Below, one piece after another: positions 1 to 16,282 of a stretch of 64,000 nucleotides of DNA; the first letter of the stretch is position 1, and each line of letters begins with the position of its first letter. Below the pieces are notes generated by a model, which was not told the origin of the DNA, made no database searches, and saw nothing but the letters and a program-made list of their open reading frames with translations. The translations under genes and the position numbers were made by a program. Location of the stretch: positions 372,001 through 436,000 of the forward strand of contig CDMY01000347.1 of the NCBI GenBank assembly GCA_001179505.1, written 5' to 3'. The stretch comes from Vitrella brassicaformis CCMP3155. Taxonomy: Eukaryota > Protista > Chromerida.

Positions 1-78
1 TCGTCCCCATGCATTGCTGCGATGTCTCTGGAAAACACCGACATCACACACACACGCAGCGACACGCAGCCCAGAGCC

Positions 79-3218
<3,140 letters not shown>

Positions 3219-3306
3219 CAACCGACGGTTGGTGTTTGTTTCACGGACATACGGAGCCACAACTCTCGCATGTAGCGGGGGGCTGCCCCCCCTGCGTCTC
3301 AAACAG

Positions 3307-6300
3307 ATGAGGCAGCTGACGCGCCAACTGTGCGTCTTCTCCTTGGCCATCGAGATGCTGTCCCTCCCAGTCACTGCAGAGGCTTGTTCATCACGCTTCT
3401 TCGCGCTGGTCAGTGCTGCTCAAGTGCTTCTTGCGTCGCTGGCCGTGTCGATGCGAACCAGCCAATTGCGCCGCCTTCCCCACGCATTTGAAGCGCCGGC
3501 ATCGTCAGCTCATCCCGCAATACGGTTGCGCCGGCAGGGCGTCCTACGCATCGGGACGCGGCACCGCCGCTCTGTCGCCCTTCCCGCATTGCAAGCTGCG
3601 AACAGGGCGAAGACGATTCGCGGAGTCACGGTGCAATGGCGGACGAGAGGGGGGTTCATCAACGTCACACGTCAGCCTTCTGATGGTAAGATAAAAGACA
3701 ATCACCCCGGCTTATGCGCCCGGCTCGTCCTTTGCGCTCTTGTTCGTGTAGGTGCCAACAGTCCTGGATCTGGAGACAGTGCCGAGCATTCCGAAACGCC
3801 ACCAGCCGCAGCTGGCGGGCACGCAGAAAGCACCAGCACGCGCCTCTCAGAACACGAAGGCAGCCCGCCGACTCATGCTCTGGGAGAAGAGGAGAGTGTG
3901 GTTACCGGCAGTGCCACGAACGGGGAGACTCAGTCTGGTGTGGCACACCCGGAACAAGAACATGTCGCAAAAGAAACCAAGCATGAACTCACGGAGCACC
4001 ACGAGGAACACCCGGAGATGAAGGCTGCTTATCAACATGAACATCCGCCGACACCAGAGGGGGTTCGGCTCACAAAGGAGGGGGGCCATGGGGAGGTGCG
4101 TGCCCATCCTATGCCGGCATACTTTGAAATTCTTCGGCTCTTAAGACAGAGGCTGGCGACAAAGGAGGGGAAGGAGGGACACGACAAAGACAGAATAGCG
4201 CCGGAGGACCTGTCACGCGTCATCCACACGGCAGCAGCTTGCCTCAGGGGACAATGTATGTAAGCCATCATGCCAATAGATGCCAAATCTCTATTTGTCC
4301 AATGATTGTATGTCTCTTCCTTGCTTAATGGTCTTCAGCGTGCGATGCCGGCATTAAGCAACTCGATGGCCTGGAGAAAAAAATATGATGACAGCGCCGC
4401 AAAGAGGCTGTTGACCGACATAGAACGCGCCGTCGAGACCCTAGTAGCGGGACACGGAGAGAAACCGCAAGGACAGCCCGAACAGCCGTTGATGGAGAAT
4501 CATGGGGGAGAGGAGAGGAGAGGAGCACCGCCAAAGCAGCCCGAACATCCGGGGGAAGAAAAACCGTCGGAGTCCGCTTAGCATCGCGAGGCGGCAGTTG
4601 CTCGCCCACAAGAGGGCACGGACGGCCAAGAGACTGCAGGGGTGTCAGAGAAACCTCAAGAGAAAGAGAAACCGTCAGAGAGGGAGACAGGGCCGCCGGA
4701 TGACAAGTCACCACCTGCTGCCGCAGCGAGTGGCAGCGAGACGCCACCAAAGGAGCCGGCCCCAGTCCTTACTCCAGAGCAAGAGACGCCACCTGATGTC
4801 AACAACACGGAGTACGATGAATCAGGTGAAGGTAAGTACTCCCCAATCTGTCAGGCCGATGAGCGTATCTGCTCGCTGTTTTCATCGATCCTGTCTTTAG
4901 GTGAGCTTTCCTTTGTCAGCCTGGATGGACGTTTCAACAGACTGCAAGACCGGCCTCCGCCGGGAGAATCAGAGCACCCCGAGACCCCAGCAGCAGCAGC
5001 TGGCAATAATACAGCGAGCAGCAGCAGCAATACACCCCCCGCAGCACACGAAGGTCCCTCACTGAGTCATGCCGGGCGAGAGGAGGAGAGGGAGGCTCAT
5101 GCCAGGTCAGAGGAGCCCCATGGCGGTAAAAGCGCAGAGCTGCACTCGGCGGAAGAACATGTCTCAAAAGAAGTCAAGCAAGAGACAACGACAGTAACGG
5201 AGCACCACGAGACACAAGGGGGGGCCGAGGCTGCCGATGATAGCTACGGGCATCCACCGAGACCGGAAGGAATTGGGCCGACAAAGGGAGAGGCGCACGG
5301 GGACGAGTTGAGGGAGATGACGTTCCGCTTGGTCTTTGCTGGAGCCGACTGTAAGCGAATATTCTCCATGGTAACCAGTCCCATCAATCCCTCTCTCTGA
5401 TGCAGCTTACAGCTTGCGAGATTTCCGTGACCTAGTGCATGACCTCGGCAGATGGTACATGGAGGTGGCCGGCGAGCCTCCGCTGCTGCCGAGCAACTGG
5501 AGACAGCAGGACGAGAGGGGCGAGGTCAACCCCTTCGGGCCTCAGGGGGGCCTGCAGCTGACCAGGATGAGCGACTATGAGATTTTGAAGCTGATGGCAG
5601 TGATGAACCATGGACTGAAGAGTAAGTAGAGACCTCCGTATAGAAACACCATCGGGAAGGAACGGTCTGAGTCTGGGCCGCATACATACGCCCTCTGATG
5701 TGTTCCTCCTATTCCATGCAGAGGAGGCCGCAGCCCTGCCTGCAAAGGAAGAGCTACGCGAAGAGCATCAGGCGTTGCTGGCGCTATTGAGGGAGGAGGG
5801 TGTCGGAGCGTCAGCGCAGCTTCAGCAGCCGCCATTGGAAAGCCATGAGGGAGAAAATGCACATATGCAAGCGCCGAAGGAAGATATCTCATCAGAACCT
5901 ACAGAGCATCGCGAGGCGGCAGTTGCTCGCCCACAAGAGGGCACGGAGGACCAAGAGACTGCAGGCGTGTCAGAGATACCTCAAGAGAAAGAGAAACCAT
6001 CAGAGACGGAGACAGGGCCGCCGGATGACAAGTCACCACCTGCTGCCGCAGCGAGTGGCAGCGAGACGCCACCAAAGGAGCCGGGCCCAGTCCCTTCTCC
6101 AAATCAAAAGACGCCACCTGATGTCATCACGGAATACGATGAATCAGGGGAAGGTAAGCACTCCCCAATCTGTCAGGCCGATGAGCGTATCTGCCGCTGT
6201 TTCCATCGATCCTGTCTGCAGACGATGATGCCTTTGTCAGCCTGGACGAACGTTTCAACAGACTGCAAGATCGGCCTACACCAGGAGAATCAGAGCATTC

Positions 6301-8026
6301 CGAGACCCCAGCAGCAGCAGCTGGCAATGATGCGAGCAGCAGCACACCTTCCGAAGCGCACGAAGGCAGCCCGCCGACTCATGTGGGGGAAGGAGAGGCT
6401 ACCACTAGCGGCACTGCCACAGCAGGAGAGACTCATGGCAGTAGAAGCCCAGAGTCCCACTCGGAGCACGAGCAGCCGCCATTGGAAAGTCATGAAGAGC
6501 ATGAGAATGTGCACGCACACCCATCGAGACCAGAAGAAGTTGGCCAACACAACGGGGGCGGCCCGGAGGTTAGATCCTCCGATGTGATGGAGGCACTTGG
6601 CGAGCACACCATTGTCGAAACACTCAACGAGCTGGCTGGTCCTGCTCGCACTTGCAGCGAGAGACGCACGGAAACAAGCGTTCAGACATGATGTCTCTCT
6701 TTCGGCCACCTGTCTGTTTGACTGCATGCAGGCCTCGTCCCCTGCCAAGTCACTGTCTCAGATGGGGTCATCCAGAGAGGGGACTGCTACAGTGAGACCG
6801 CCTACTGTGTCCTTGGCGACTCCCGCAACACCGTCAGCTCCATCAGCAAGACCATCTACGGCCAGCGGCTGTCCCAATACCTGCAGTTCAAACACTTCGC
6901 TGACCTCGGGCGCGCACGTTGCAGGGCTACTGCGTCGAAAGACAGCGCATCGAGACACAGCTGGGCTTAGGCACATGTGCGACTCGCTACCCACAGGCGC
7001 TGTCATCTCAGTTCAGAGGTAGGCGTCAGCTGTCATCCCAGCGGCCCAAGCGTTCTGAGGTGGTGGTTTGGGTCTCTTGTAGGCAAGTCGTGCAATCGAG
7101 AGGAGGGCCGTTCCGCTCCTGAATGTCCTCTCGGCTTGAGCTGCATCTGCAAAGACAAGACCAACCCACACACCAACTGCGAGTGCATGCCTGGTGACCA
7201 CTGACATCACATCGAAATGCAAGACGAGCGGCGAATGGACTGAGAATGCTGTTCAGACCGCGAGGATCCATTCATAGGCTACATGGTGGTGAATGTGCAC
7301 TCACCCGCCGTCAAAGATGACGACGTGGCTGCCATCGTCCGCCAAGCGATCGAGAACGCCGTCAGGCTACGCAAGAGCGAAAAGAAGACGGCCACTCATG
7401 GGGGAGAGAAGGCGGCCGGACCTCATGAAGCGCCGGTGGACGAAGAGGCCCGCAAGCATACGGCATCCGAGGGGGAGAAGACGACAGCCGAAGCGATGGC
7501 CGAACACGAGAGCGAAAAAAAGGCCGAACACGTCGAGCCGCCAGCAAACGAAGAAACCCACAACCATCCTGCTGCCCGGGAGGGCACCTTTGTAGAGAAG
7601 CACGTTGCCTCCTGGTCGCTAGGCACCTATGTGGTGCCTGGCGGACAGGAAGCCCCAAAAGAACACCGAAGCCTGGCGAACTACCTGAGAAGCATCGGAT
7701 TCACACAGAGCGCTTTCCGAATCACTGATGTTTCGGTGATCCGCATCCACCCTGCCGGCGAGGCGGAGGCCGAGGAGGGTGCTGTTGAGAAACACGTCGT
7801 AGTAAGCTATCAAGTGCCTGGCCGCCAACTGAACCACGAAGAGCCAATTTTTCCCGCGGAGTGGTGGCTAAGCCAACTAGGAGATATTCATGAGGAGACT
7901 TCGAACGCGATTGTTAATGCCATAAGAGAGAACGTGAAGAAGAGACACGGAGTGAAGAAGGGAGAGAGTCAAGTTGGTGTGAACATCACCTGCGATATTC
8001 ATCACAGCGGTAGGAACACAACATAA
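3307..8026 (+). CDS. 5' part of a large multi-exon repetitive, acidic/His-rich, probably secreted protein; includes an EGF-like Cys-rich exon; in-frame TAG at 4579-4581
   Basis: Hydrophobic leader (FFALVSAAQVLLASLAV). GT-AG introns (e.g. 3686-3750) join long ORFs in frame. Repeats PPDDKSPPAAAASGSETPPKEP. Cys-rich exon CNREEGRSAPECPLGLSCICKDKTNPHTNCECMP at about 7085-7195. Start and gene limits uncertain. Confidence 0.55.
4580..5060 (+). repeat. Duplicated exon-intron-exon module, copy 1
   Basis: Near-identical sequence, including the intron gtaag.actccccaatctgtcaggccgatgagcg, recurs at about 5900-6450 and 10950-11470. Confidence 0.9.
5820..6450 (+). repeat. Duplicated exon-intron-exon module, copy 2
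   Basis: Same sequence as the copies at 4580 and 10870. Confidence 0.9.
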
Positions 8027-8076
8027 GTAGATAAGTGTTCCTCATTGTGTCCTCTCTTGCTTGTCGCCACAGCGGC

Positions 8077-10866
8077 TGATACAGCAGTGAACACTAAAGG
8101 CCATACCTTCTTCTTAATCACTTATCGGCCCGGAGTGAACTGCTTTCGCCTCTCTGAAAGTAAAAGGACACGACGTGTCTCTCTCTGTGTTGATTGACGC
8201 ATCTCCCACTGCCGTTTTCTGTGGGCATTTGCGAAATATTGTGTGTCGGCCAGACAGTGAGTGGAACAAGCGATTCTCCCGGGCTTGAGTCGACGCGGAG
8301 CGGCTGGGACTGCTGTATGACCACGAAGACAAGACATTCCGTGAGCGATAAGCAGGTGCATTCAGAGCCTCAGCTTACCTCCTCTTCTTCATTGTACGCA
8401 GCCTTCTTCACGGCCGTCGTGTCCGTCTCACTGCTGGAAAGAGACGGAGCGATGGCAGACAGGGAAAATGGCCATGACGGCCACATGATCTTCCTCTCCC
8501 TTGCGAACGACGCCCCCAAACTGACGGAAGAGCAGAAGCAGCTCATCAAGGACGGTCTGATGAAAGCCCTGTTGGCGTATGGCCCTGTGGGGGAGGTGCA
8601 GGTGGCCGGTGTGACTGATGTCTTCAACGATGCCGGCAATCAGACCGTGGCTGTCAAGATGGAGGTCAAGGTCACCGGGTCCAGGCACAACATGGACGTC
8701 AAAGCCCTTGAGCGCATCCTCAGTGAGCCGTCGCCACAGAAAAGAATGCAAAAAAGCCTCAAAGAGCACGGCCTCGACACCAGATCCTTGAAATACGGTA
8801 CCATTCACGTGCTGCGTACACGGTGCGGCACGGTGTGCCGACACATTCATAATCTTGTCCGGATCAGACATCACCGGGAGCAGCGAAGGCGAGGCTGCTG
8901 CCATGGGCAAATGCAAAGACGTCACTTGTGAGCCGTGCCGAGATCCCCTCTCAGGTACACACACACACACACACACACAACGGCGGGCGATACACACAAT
9001 TGCAAAGACGATCGTTGTGACCCACTCGATCAGGCAGGGTGATCCTTGATCGCGACTGGTGTGAGTCATTCCGGCAATGTGAGTGGCACACGCCCGTCTG
9101 TCCTTCTGCTGACGCCGGCTGCTCACCGAAAGGTCCACTGGGCAAGTGCTGCACGAGATATGAAAGGCTGGGAGACACGGCAGCAAAGAAACTAGCTCAA
9201 GGTACGAACAGCGGAAGACGCACAGACACACACAAGCAGCGGTGGTTGTGTGATGCACCAGAGCGCCACACTCGCGTGTCTCAAGGCGACAGTCTGTTCC
9301 CGCGATCCGCCAGCATGAGCCAGTTCGCCGCACGAGTCCTCTCCAACTTCAACCAGGCGCGCCGTCTCCACTTCACGAGTTTGGCTTTCATGCTACAGGG
9401 GCAGCCCCAGTGCAACATACAGGACCCTCGTGTCGACCCAGAGGCAGTACTCAGCGCTTCCGTAAGCCTGCTGGCAGGAAAGGAAGTGCAGAGTCCTCTG
9501 GAGGATTCGCACACATGCTAAGTGCAGGCATTCGCTCGCGGGGTGCTCGCCTTTGTCACACTGATCAAGTACGGCAGGTGCGAGCGGGGCGTCGTGTCTG
9601 AGGCTGCGGTTGAGCAGCAGATGAAACAGATATATCAGCTTGAAGCCATGCTGGCCGATGTCTACCGAGTAAACCAAGTTCATATCAGTGTGCTTGTCAA
9701 TGCATCGTATGTGTGTCGGTTTGTAGGAGCTGCTCGTGACGAAGGCTGCACGGTCGCACAGGCCAGCCAAAGGTGACAGTCTGTCTCTTCCATGCAGACA
9801 CACACAAAACAAAGGCTTGTCTTATTGTGTCCAGGTGCCATCTCCTTGGATGGTTCCTTGCACTACTTGCGAGAGCAATGCGATCGCAGCCGTCCATCCA
9901 TCTCCCCCGTCGCCCCTCCCATCACCACCCAGGATACAGAAGCCGACCGACGGATCGTCCTCGACAACTTCGCCAATGCGCTGGGCACTCTGCTGAAGAT
10001 GAGTGACGACACAGGCAGTTTCAACGCAGGGAGGCTCGACAAGACACACATAGCCATTCACGAAGAGGGTTCCGCTGCTGGTGCCACGACCTGCAATCGC
10101 AATCAGAGCGAGGCGACAACCAAGGTGTATTTTTCCATCCAGGAAGATCCCCAATCGACCAATGGCACTGACGGCATGGAGTTGCTGGAGGGTCTGATAC
10201 GCGCGCGGGACACACTGGAGGCAGAGGGGTTCGGCGACTGCGGCTGGGTGCTGGCGGACATCACGAATGAGACAGGTTCGAAAATGACACACGCGAGCCA
10301 AAGGTTGTGGCGTGACGGTAAGATGTCTCTGTGTGCGTGTGTGTGTGTTTGTGTGAAATGTGTCAGCGGACTACCGGAGTGACATCGAAGCAGACGGCCA
10401 TCTGTCGGGTGGGCGGTCGGCAGGTGCCTTCGTCAACAGAGACAGCACCAGCCGGAAGCACGATGCGACTCGGACAAGGATGGCAGCGTCAGCGACACTC
10501 TCGCCCTCCACTGTAATGAAGGCTCTGTCCGTGATAAATACGACGGCCGCATTGGGGGCTCGTCACTCCAGCTGCGATGCCCTCAGTAAGCTCAAAAACG
10601 AATAAGCGCTTGTGGGGGAGCTGTTGCTATATTTCCTGCGTGCAAGCACATCCCGAGAGGTACGAGAGCATTCTTCGATTCTTCCAGGAGAATCTCGAAC
10701 ACGGCCGACACACGAGTGAGACACGTCTCTGCTGGTTGATTGCCACTCCAACTGCTGGAAGATCGATTGGTGTTTGTCGTATCATGCAGCACTGGAGCGA
10801 TTCAAGAGGACTTTCCACGAGTCCTTCGGCGGAGAGGAGAAGGAAGAAGGAGCATCTCTGAGATGA
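8077..10866 (+). CDS. Middle part of the same locus or a separate gene: Cys-rich and globular exons of unknown function, ending at in-frame TGA 10864-10866
   Basis: Spliceable exons GHMIFLSLANDAPKLTEEQKQLIKDG, CKDVTCEPCRDP, CESFRQCEWHTPVCPSADAGCSPKGPLGKCC, TTKVYFSIQEDP and LERFKRTFHESFGGEEKEEGASLR*. May splice from 8009 upstream. Confidence 0.5.
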
Positions 10867-13800
10867 CTCGAGCAGCCGCTATTGGAAAGCCATGAGGGAG
10901 AAAATGAAGATATGCAAGCGCCGAAGGAAGATATCCCATCAGAACCCACAGAGCATCGCGAGGAGGCAGTTGCTCCCCCCCAAGAGGGCACAGGGGGCCA
11001 CGAGATTGCAGGCGTGTCAGAGAAACCTCAAGAGAAAGAGAAACCGTCAGAGACGGAGACAGGGCCGCCGGATGCCAAGTCACCACCTGCTGCCGCAGCG
11101 AGTGGCAGCGAGACGCCACCAAAGGAGCCGGCCCCAGTCCTTACTCCAGAGCAAGAGACGCCACCTGATGTCAACAACACGGAGTACGATGAATCAGGTG
11201 AAGGTAAGTACTCCCCAATCTGTCAGGCCGATGAGCGTATCTGCCGCTGTTTCCATCGATCCTGTCTTTAGGTGAGCTTTCCTTTGTCAGCCTGGACGAA
11301 CGTTTCAACAGACTGCAAGATCGGCCTACACCAGGACAATCAGAGCATGCCGACACGCCAGCAGCAGCAGTTGGCAATGGTGCGAGCAGCAGTACACCTC
11401 CCGAAGCGCACGAAGGCAGCCCGCCGAGCCATGCAGCTGGAGAAGAGGAACAGGTGGTCAGTGGCAGTGCCACGGCAGACTTAGCCTGGTTCGACAGGCT
11501 GACGGAGACAGAGTTCACGCAGAGTGACGACATATTCATGCCAGGTGCTGTTCCCCTTCTCTTGTCACTGACTGTCGTTGAATTCGTTGTTCATGTGTGT
11601 GTATGTGTGTGTGTGTGTCTGTGTGTGCAGATCCAGCTGCCCCAGAACAGAAAGTCGTGAGCCCCAAGATGTGCAACGCATCCCCAGCGAAAGTCATATT
11701 CATCCAAAAGGCGTTCTGGCGTGAGAAAGCCACAGACCTTCGCGCACAGCCCGCCCACATGCCAAATTCTCTTCTCACTATTGGCTGCAGAGCTGGCCTT
11801 TGAAGACGCTCAGTGGTGCATCGAACACCGTAACCGTGGCCAATGAAATGCACAGATCACGATTGTACTAGCTTCCATAACATTTCTGCAGGAAGTAGCA
11901 ACTCCCAGTCTGAGGAAGGCAAAGAGCGCTTCACGGAGACTCAGGGAGGGCAGCCTCCTGACGGGACGCCCCAGAGCGAGCCGTCAACAAAGAACACGAC
12001 AGCTGTTGCCGACACATCATCAAATCAACCCCCAGGTGGTGTCTCACAGCAAGGAGAGCGGCCCGCTGATACGCAGCCCTCCCCTGAGCCTGAGGAATCG
12101 TCTGGAGGGGGAGATTCTGTCGCCAGCGACTCTGTGGTGAGTGATGAGGCAGGCCAGCCAGCCAGCCAGCCAGGCGCACACCTATGACTAGTCTTACACT
12201 CGTTTCAATGTTGTTTCTATGAAAGGCAGCATCACCGGGAGAGATGGATAGTCCAGCGGGGACTGTTGCGACTCCGGACGGTGCGACAGAGCAACAAGTG
12301 GAATCCACGGGGGATGACGACTCAGAATCGGACCAGGACGAAGAATCTGAAAAGGGTACGTCCTGCGCCTGTTCAGTCGCAGTCCGAATCATGTGTTGGC
12401 TCCTGCCTTGCCATGTTGTCTGTCAGACTTCGTGTCGTTTACGGATGTCTCGTCCAAATCTCGCAACGACGGCGGCGATGTAATGACGTTCCACATCGAG
12501 GCGGCCCTGCTATGGTATGAAAAGGTCCCTCGCCTGGAGACGCAGTGGCCATCCAGCTACAGTGAGGGCCTGCATTTGCTGGCGCACCTTCTGGGGGAGG
12601 ACAAGAAGAGCGCGAGGGCGGCCCTCATGAAGCAGATAGGTAGGTAGCAGAGGTATGGGCTGTGTTATGTCAACCGTGTCGTTTGCATCAGCTTCAGGTA
12701 GTGACACCCTCTCGTTCGAGGCTTTCAGCATGCTGCACCCCGACCACATCCACAGCACACTCGCAGCCCTCGACCGTATGGACGGAGAGGCACACCAAAG
12801 ACAGGGGCCAACCCTCACCTCCCACTCTGTCAATGTATGTTCTCTTCTTCAGACATGGATCACTGCTCGCTGGATGTTCCGAAGCTGGTCGGCGGTGGCG
12901 GCATCGATATCACAGACATTGGGGCGGACGCATGCAACACAGACGACCAGTCACCCGCCGATCGCGTGTGTGTCCTGATGGGGGAGAGCGGTCCGGACCT
13001 CACGCAAGAGCAGCTGGAGGAAAGGCTGAGGACGGGATCGCTGGCGGGTGCAACGGCTGAGCTGAGTGGCGTGTGTCTGACGCGGGATGAGATTGCCGAG
13101 GGACTGTCTGAGTGTGTGGTGCCTGTCAAGCTGGGCAGCAGTGACTCGGCACATTATATGATCCGCCGCGATGGGGCCGGGAGGTGGGGATCTAAACAAT
13201 GCCCGTTTCCGAAAAGTAATTTCGATGCCCGATTCCGAAAATCGATGCATCTCGCTTGATTTCGTGTTCTGTTTGTCTGCAGCGTGGATATGGAAGCGGT
13301 ACGCCAGGCCGGAAGAGTACGCCGACATGCAGGACGGTACGCACACACACCCCGCTCGTGGTGTCCGCCACTCGTTGCCTGCTGTATGTCAGAGGAGATA
13401 GAGGTGCTCATTCACCGCCCCTACGCCGACTATAAGCATATCAAACCGACTCGTGTGTTGAGAGTCCTCAACGAGCTGGTGGCGCAGGCGGGTGGCAGCG
13501 GCGGCAAAGGCGAGCACGACATCAAGGTGCAGATCCACCCGACACCATATCAGCTTACGCATCTCTCGAGAGCCGCCAAGGGCCGACAGCCAGGCGCCTC
13601 TCCTTTTGAGCATCGCGAGGGAGAGATAGCGGCGGAGCAGGCCCAGCCATTGAAACATGAAGGAGACGCACTAGCGCAACATGAACCACAAGAGATACCT
13701 CAGGAGAAGGCCGAGGCCACACACGAAGAAGAGGCGGCTACGGGGATGCCGCCAGAGCAGGAGACTGGGGCTGATTTGGTGGATCATGCTCCAACAGACG

Positions 13801-15288
13801 AAGGTGTGCAGGGCGGCACGGCCGAGACAAGCGGACCTGAAGACATCAGCGCTCCTGCTCAAGGCCAGCCGTCAAGCGAGGACATGAAAGCTGCTGCTGT
13901 TGATATATCACCAGAGCAGCCTCCAAGTGGTGTCTCACAGCAAGGAGAGACACAGCCCTCCCCTGGCCCCGAGGAAGACAGTGACGATTCAAAGGACGGT
14001 ATGCAAAACAGCCCATCGAGCTTTTCTCCCATACTTGTCGCCACCAACGATATTCTGCAGAACTTATATCGTTCTTGAGCGTCTCATCGTCACAGTCACC
14101 CTTTCCTCAGCATCACCGCATCATACGCGCAAGGACGAGGCATCAAGAACACGCAGGCACAAACACAACGAGACGGAGATGGCAACGCACAAGGCGACGG
14201 CAGCCTCCTGGTGTTGGTGATGGCGATCGCGGCGTCCGGCTGCTTATCACGGTCTCTGACGCCAACAAAGCCGATATACTGCGAAGCATCTTTGCAAGGA
14301 GGAGTCCAGAAGAGGTCCAGAGGATTCTCAGCCGCGCGGCGAATCATGACGCCACGGTCGCCAGCACAGAGGCCTTTCAGAAACTAAGTGAAGCCATCAG
14401 CCAAGGGGCCGTGCACATGTTCGGCAAGCGCAGAGGGGCCATGGAGACACGTACGTCAAGACAGCGGCCAGCCTTCTTGTCTGTGTCTCTCTCTTTCTTT
14501 GTTTCTTTCTCAGATCCGTCGGAGGATTTGTCAATGGACGTGGACATAATCGAGGCAGTGTTGGAGGGCCGCACTGTCGGGACTGAGGAGGGGAGGCTGG
14601 TGGCGCAGATCATCCAGAACACGCCTGCGGCCAAGCTCCTCGCGGCACTGGTGGGGCTGCCACTGGCCATGAGAAATGTGAATATGGTGAGGAAACAAAG
14701 GATCCGTGTGGATGATGTGTCAGTGTCCTGCTGTCCTTATCTGTCTGTCTCTTCAGGATCTCACGGACCGGAGCGTATATAATGAGGGGACAGGTCAGCG
14801 AGCCGGCTGCATCGTGCGACACGTATGGCTTTTTCACAAACACCGAAAAGCCCCGTCTTTCTGCTTTGCAGGGAGTAGACAAAGCCCTCCTACGTCGACA
14901 GAGGACACATTAGACCAGGAGGTACGTACAGCATACACAGACAGTCGACAGCCACCGCTCAGATGTCTCTGTCGCCCTCTTCTGTCTGTGCACTCTCTCT
15001 TGTGTGTTTCTGCCAGACCTTCATGTGCTTCACGCTGCGGCTGCTGAGTGGGGTCAGCGGCTTGCCGGCACACGACACAAGGCTGCACGAGCTGGCCACG
15101 CAATTGACTATAGGGGTACGATCAAGACAGTGAAATGGAGCTACAGGTGTCAGTCATGTCTCTCTCGCGTCTGTCTGTCTAATCAGGGCGGTCTTGTGCG
15201 CTGGGAGGAAGTGTTTGAGAGGGAGCTCTATGGCAATGGCGGCGGGTTTTCGCCTGTCTGGGGCTACGGAAGCTATGCGACCACCTAG
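10867..15288 (+). CDS. 3' part of the locus: third copy of the acidic module, Q/P/S/E linkers and unrecognised globular exons
   Basis: Chain of phase-compatible exons (…KVIFIQKAFWQLAFEDAQWCIEH…, FHIEAALLWYEKVP, RLLITVSDANKADILRSIF, GCIVRHVWLFHKHR, GHAIDYRG) ending RWEEVFERELYGNGGGFSPVWGYGSYATT* at 15288. Confidence 0.55.
10870..11470 (+). repeat. Duplicated exon-intron-exon module, copy 3
   Basis: Same sequence as the copies at 4580 and 5820. Confidence 0.9.
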
Positions 15289-16282
15289 GAGTTACGTATT
15301 TGCTTGTGTGGGGGTGGCTGTGAGAGTGCTTCCTACGGATGTGCGTGTCGATAGGACCGACGCCTGACCGACAGAATGTGATCTATGGCTAATGCCATGA
15401 GCTTTGTGACTTAATGCATTGTGTTAGGGGTCAGTCAGTGTGTCTGTTGCGGTGGTGCGCCATTAATTGATTGTGACTCTTTACCAGCCACCCATACACA
15501 ACACACTCACACCCATTGTGGTCTACACACATCGTCCAAAAAGTGAGTGCACCCCCAGACATACATGTACACAGTAGTCTCCGCCCTCCCACACACACAC
15601 ACTCGTACGCCACCGGGGCGTCGGTCCTTCAGCCATGCATTCATCTCCCCTGTGTGTGAGGCTTCGATATGGAAGCCCGACGATTGGGGGTAAAGGCTCC
15701 GATTTCGTTGACAACGTGAATTTGCTCTCATGTGACACTGATGAAGCTGAACGGCATTAAGAAGAGAGGGTCATCTCTCCTCCCACGCCATTCAGCTGCC
15801 CCGGTGCCACTGGAGACCAAAGCCACGTCGACCAGAGACAACAGACAGATGGGTGTGTATTGTCGCGACAAAACTCACTCAGGAAAACTGCCTACGCTAC
15901 CCCATCATACCATACACACAGTCAAAAAGAGGCACTCTTCTCTTCTCTTCTCCCTCTTCACACGCACGCACATCCAGCCAGCATCGCATTATTCACACAA
16001 AGCAGCGGCAGCAGAGAGAAGGGAAAAACAGACTCAGTCTCCTCTCCAAAAGTAGTCTCGTCGCGGTGGCCACTAACTACCGTCCATCCATCCATCCATC
16101 CATCAATTAGTCTCCCTCCCTCCCTCCCTCCCTCCCTCGTGTCTGTCTGTCTGCACATCCATCACATGAACTAGAGCTTTGTACACGCACGCTGCCTGCC
16201 AAACAAAAGCAGGCACACCCAAACGAACGACAACCGAGCGAGCGAAAAAATCAATCTCCTTCCCTTCCCCCCATCACGTCAA

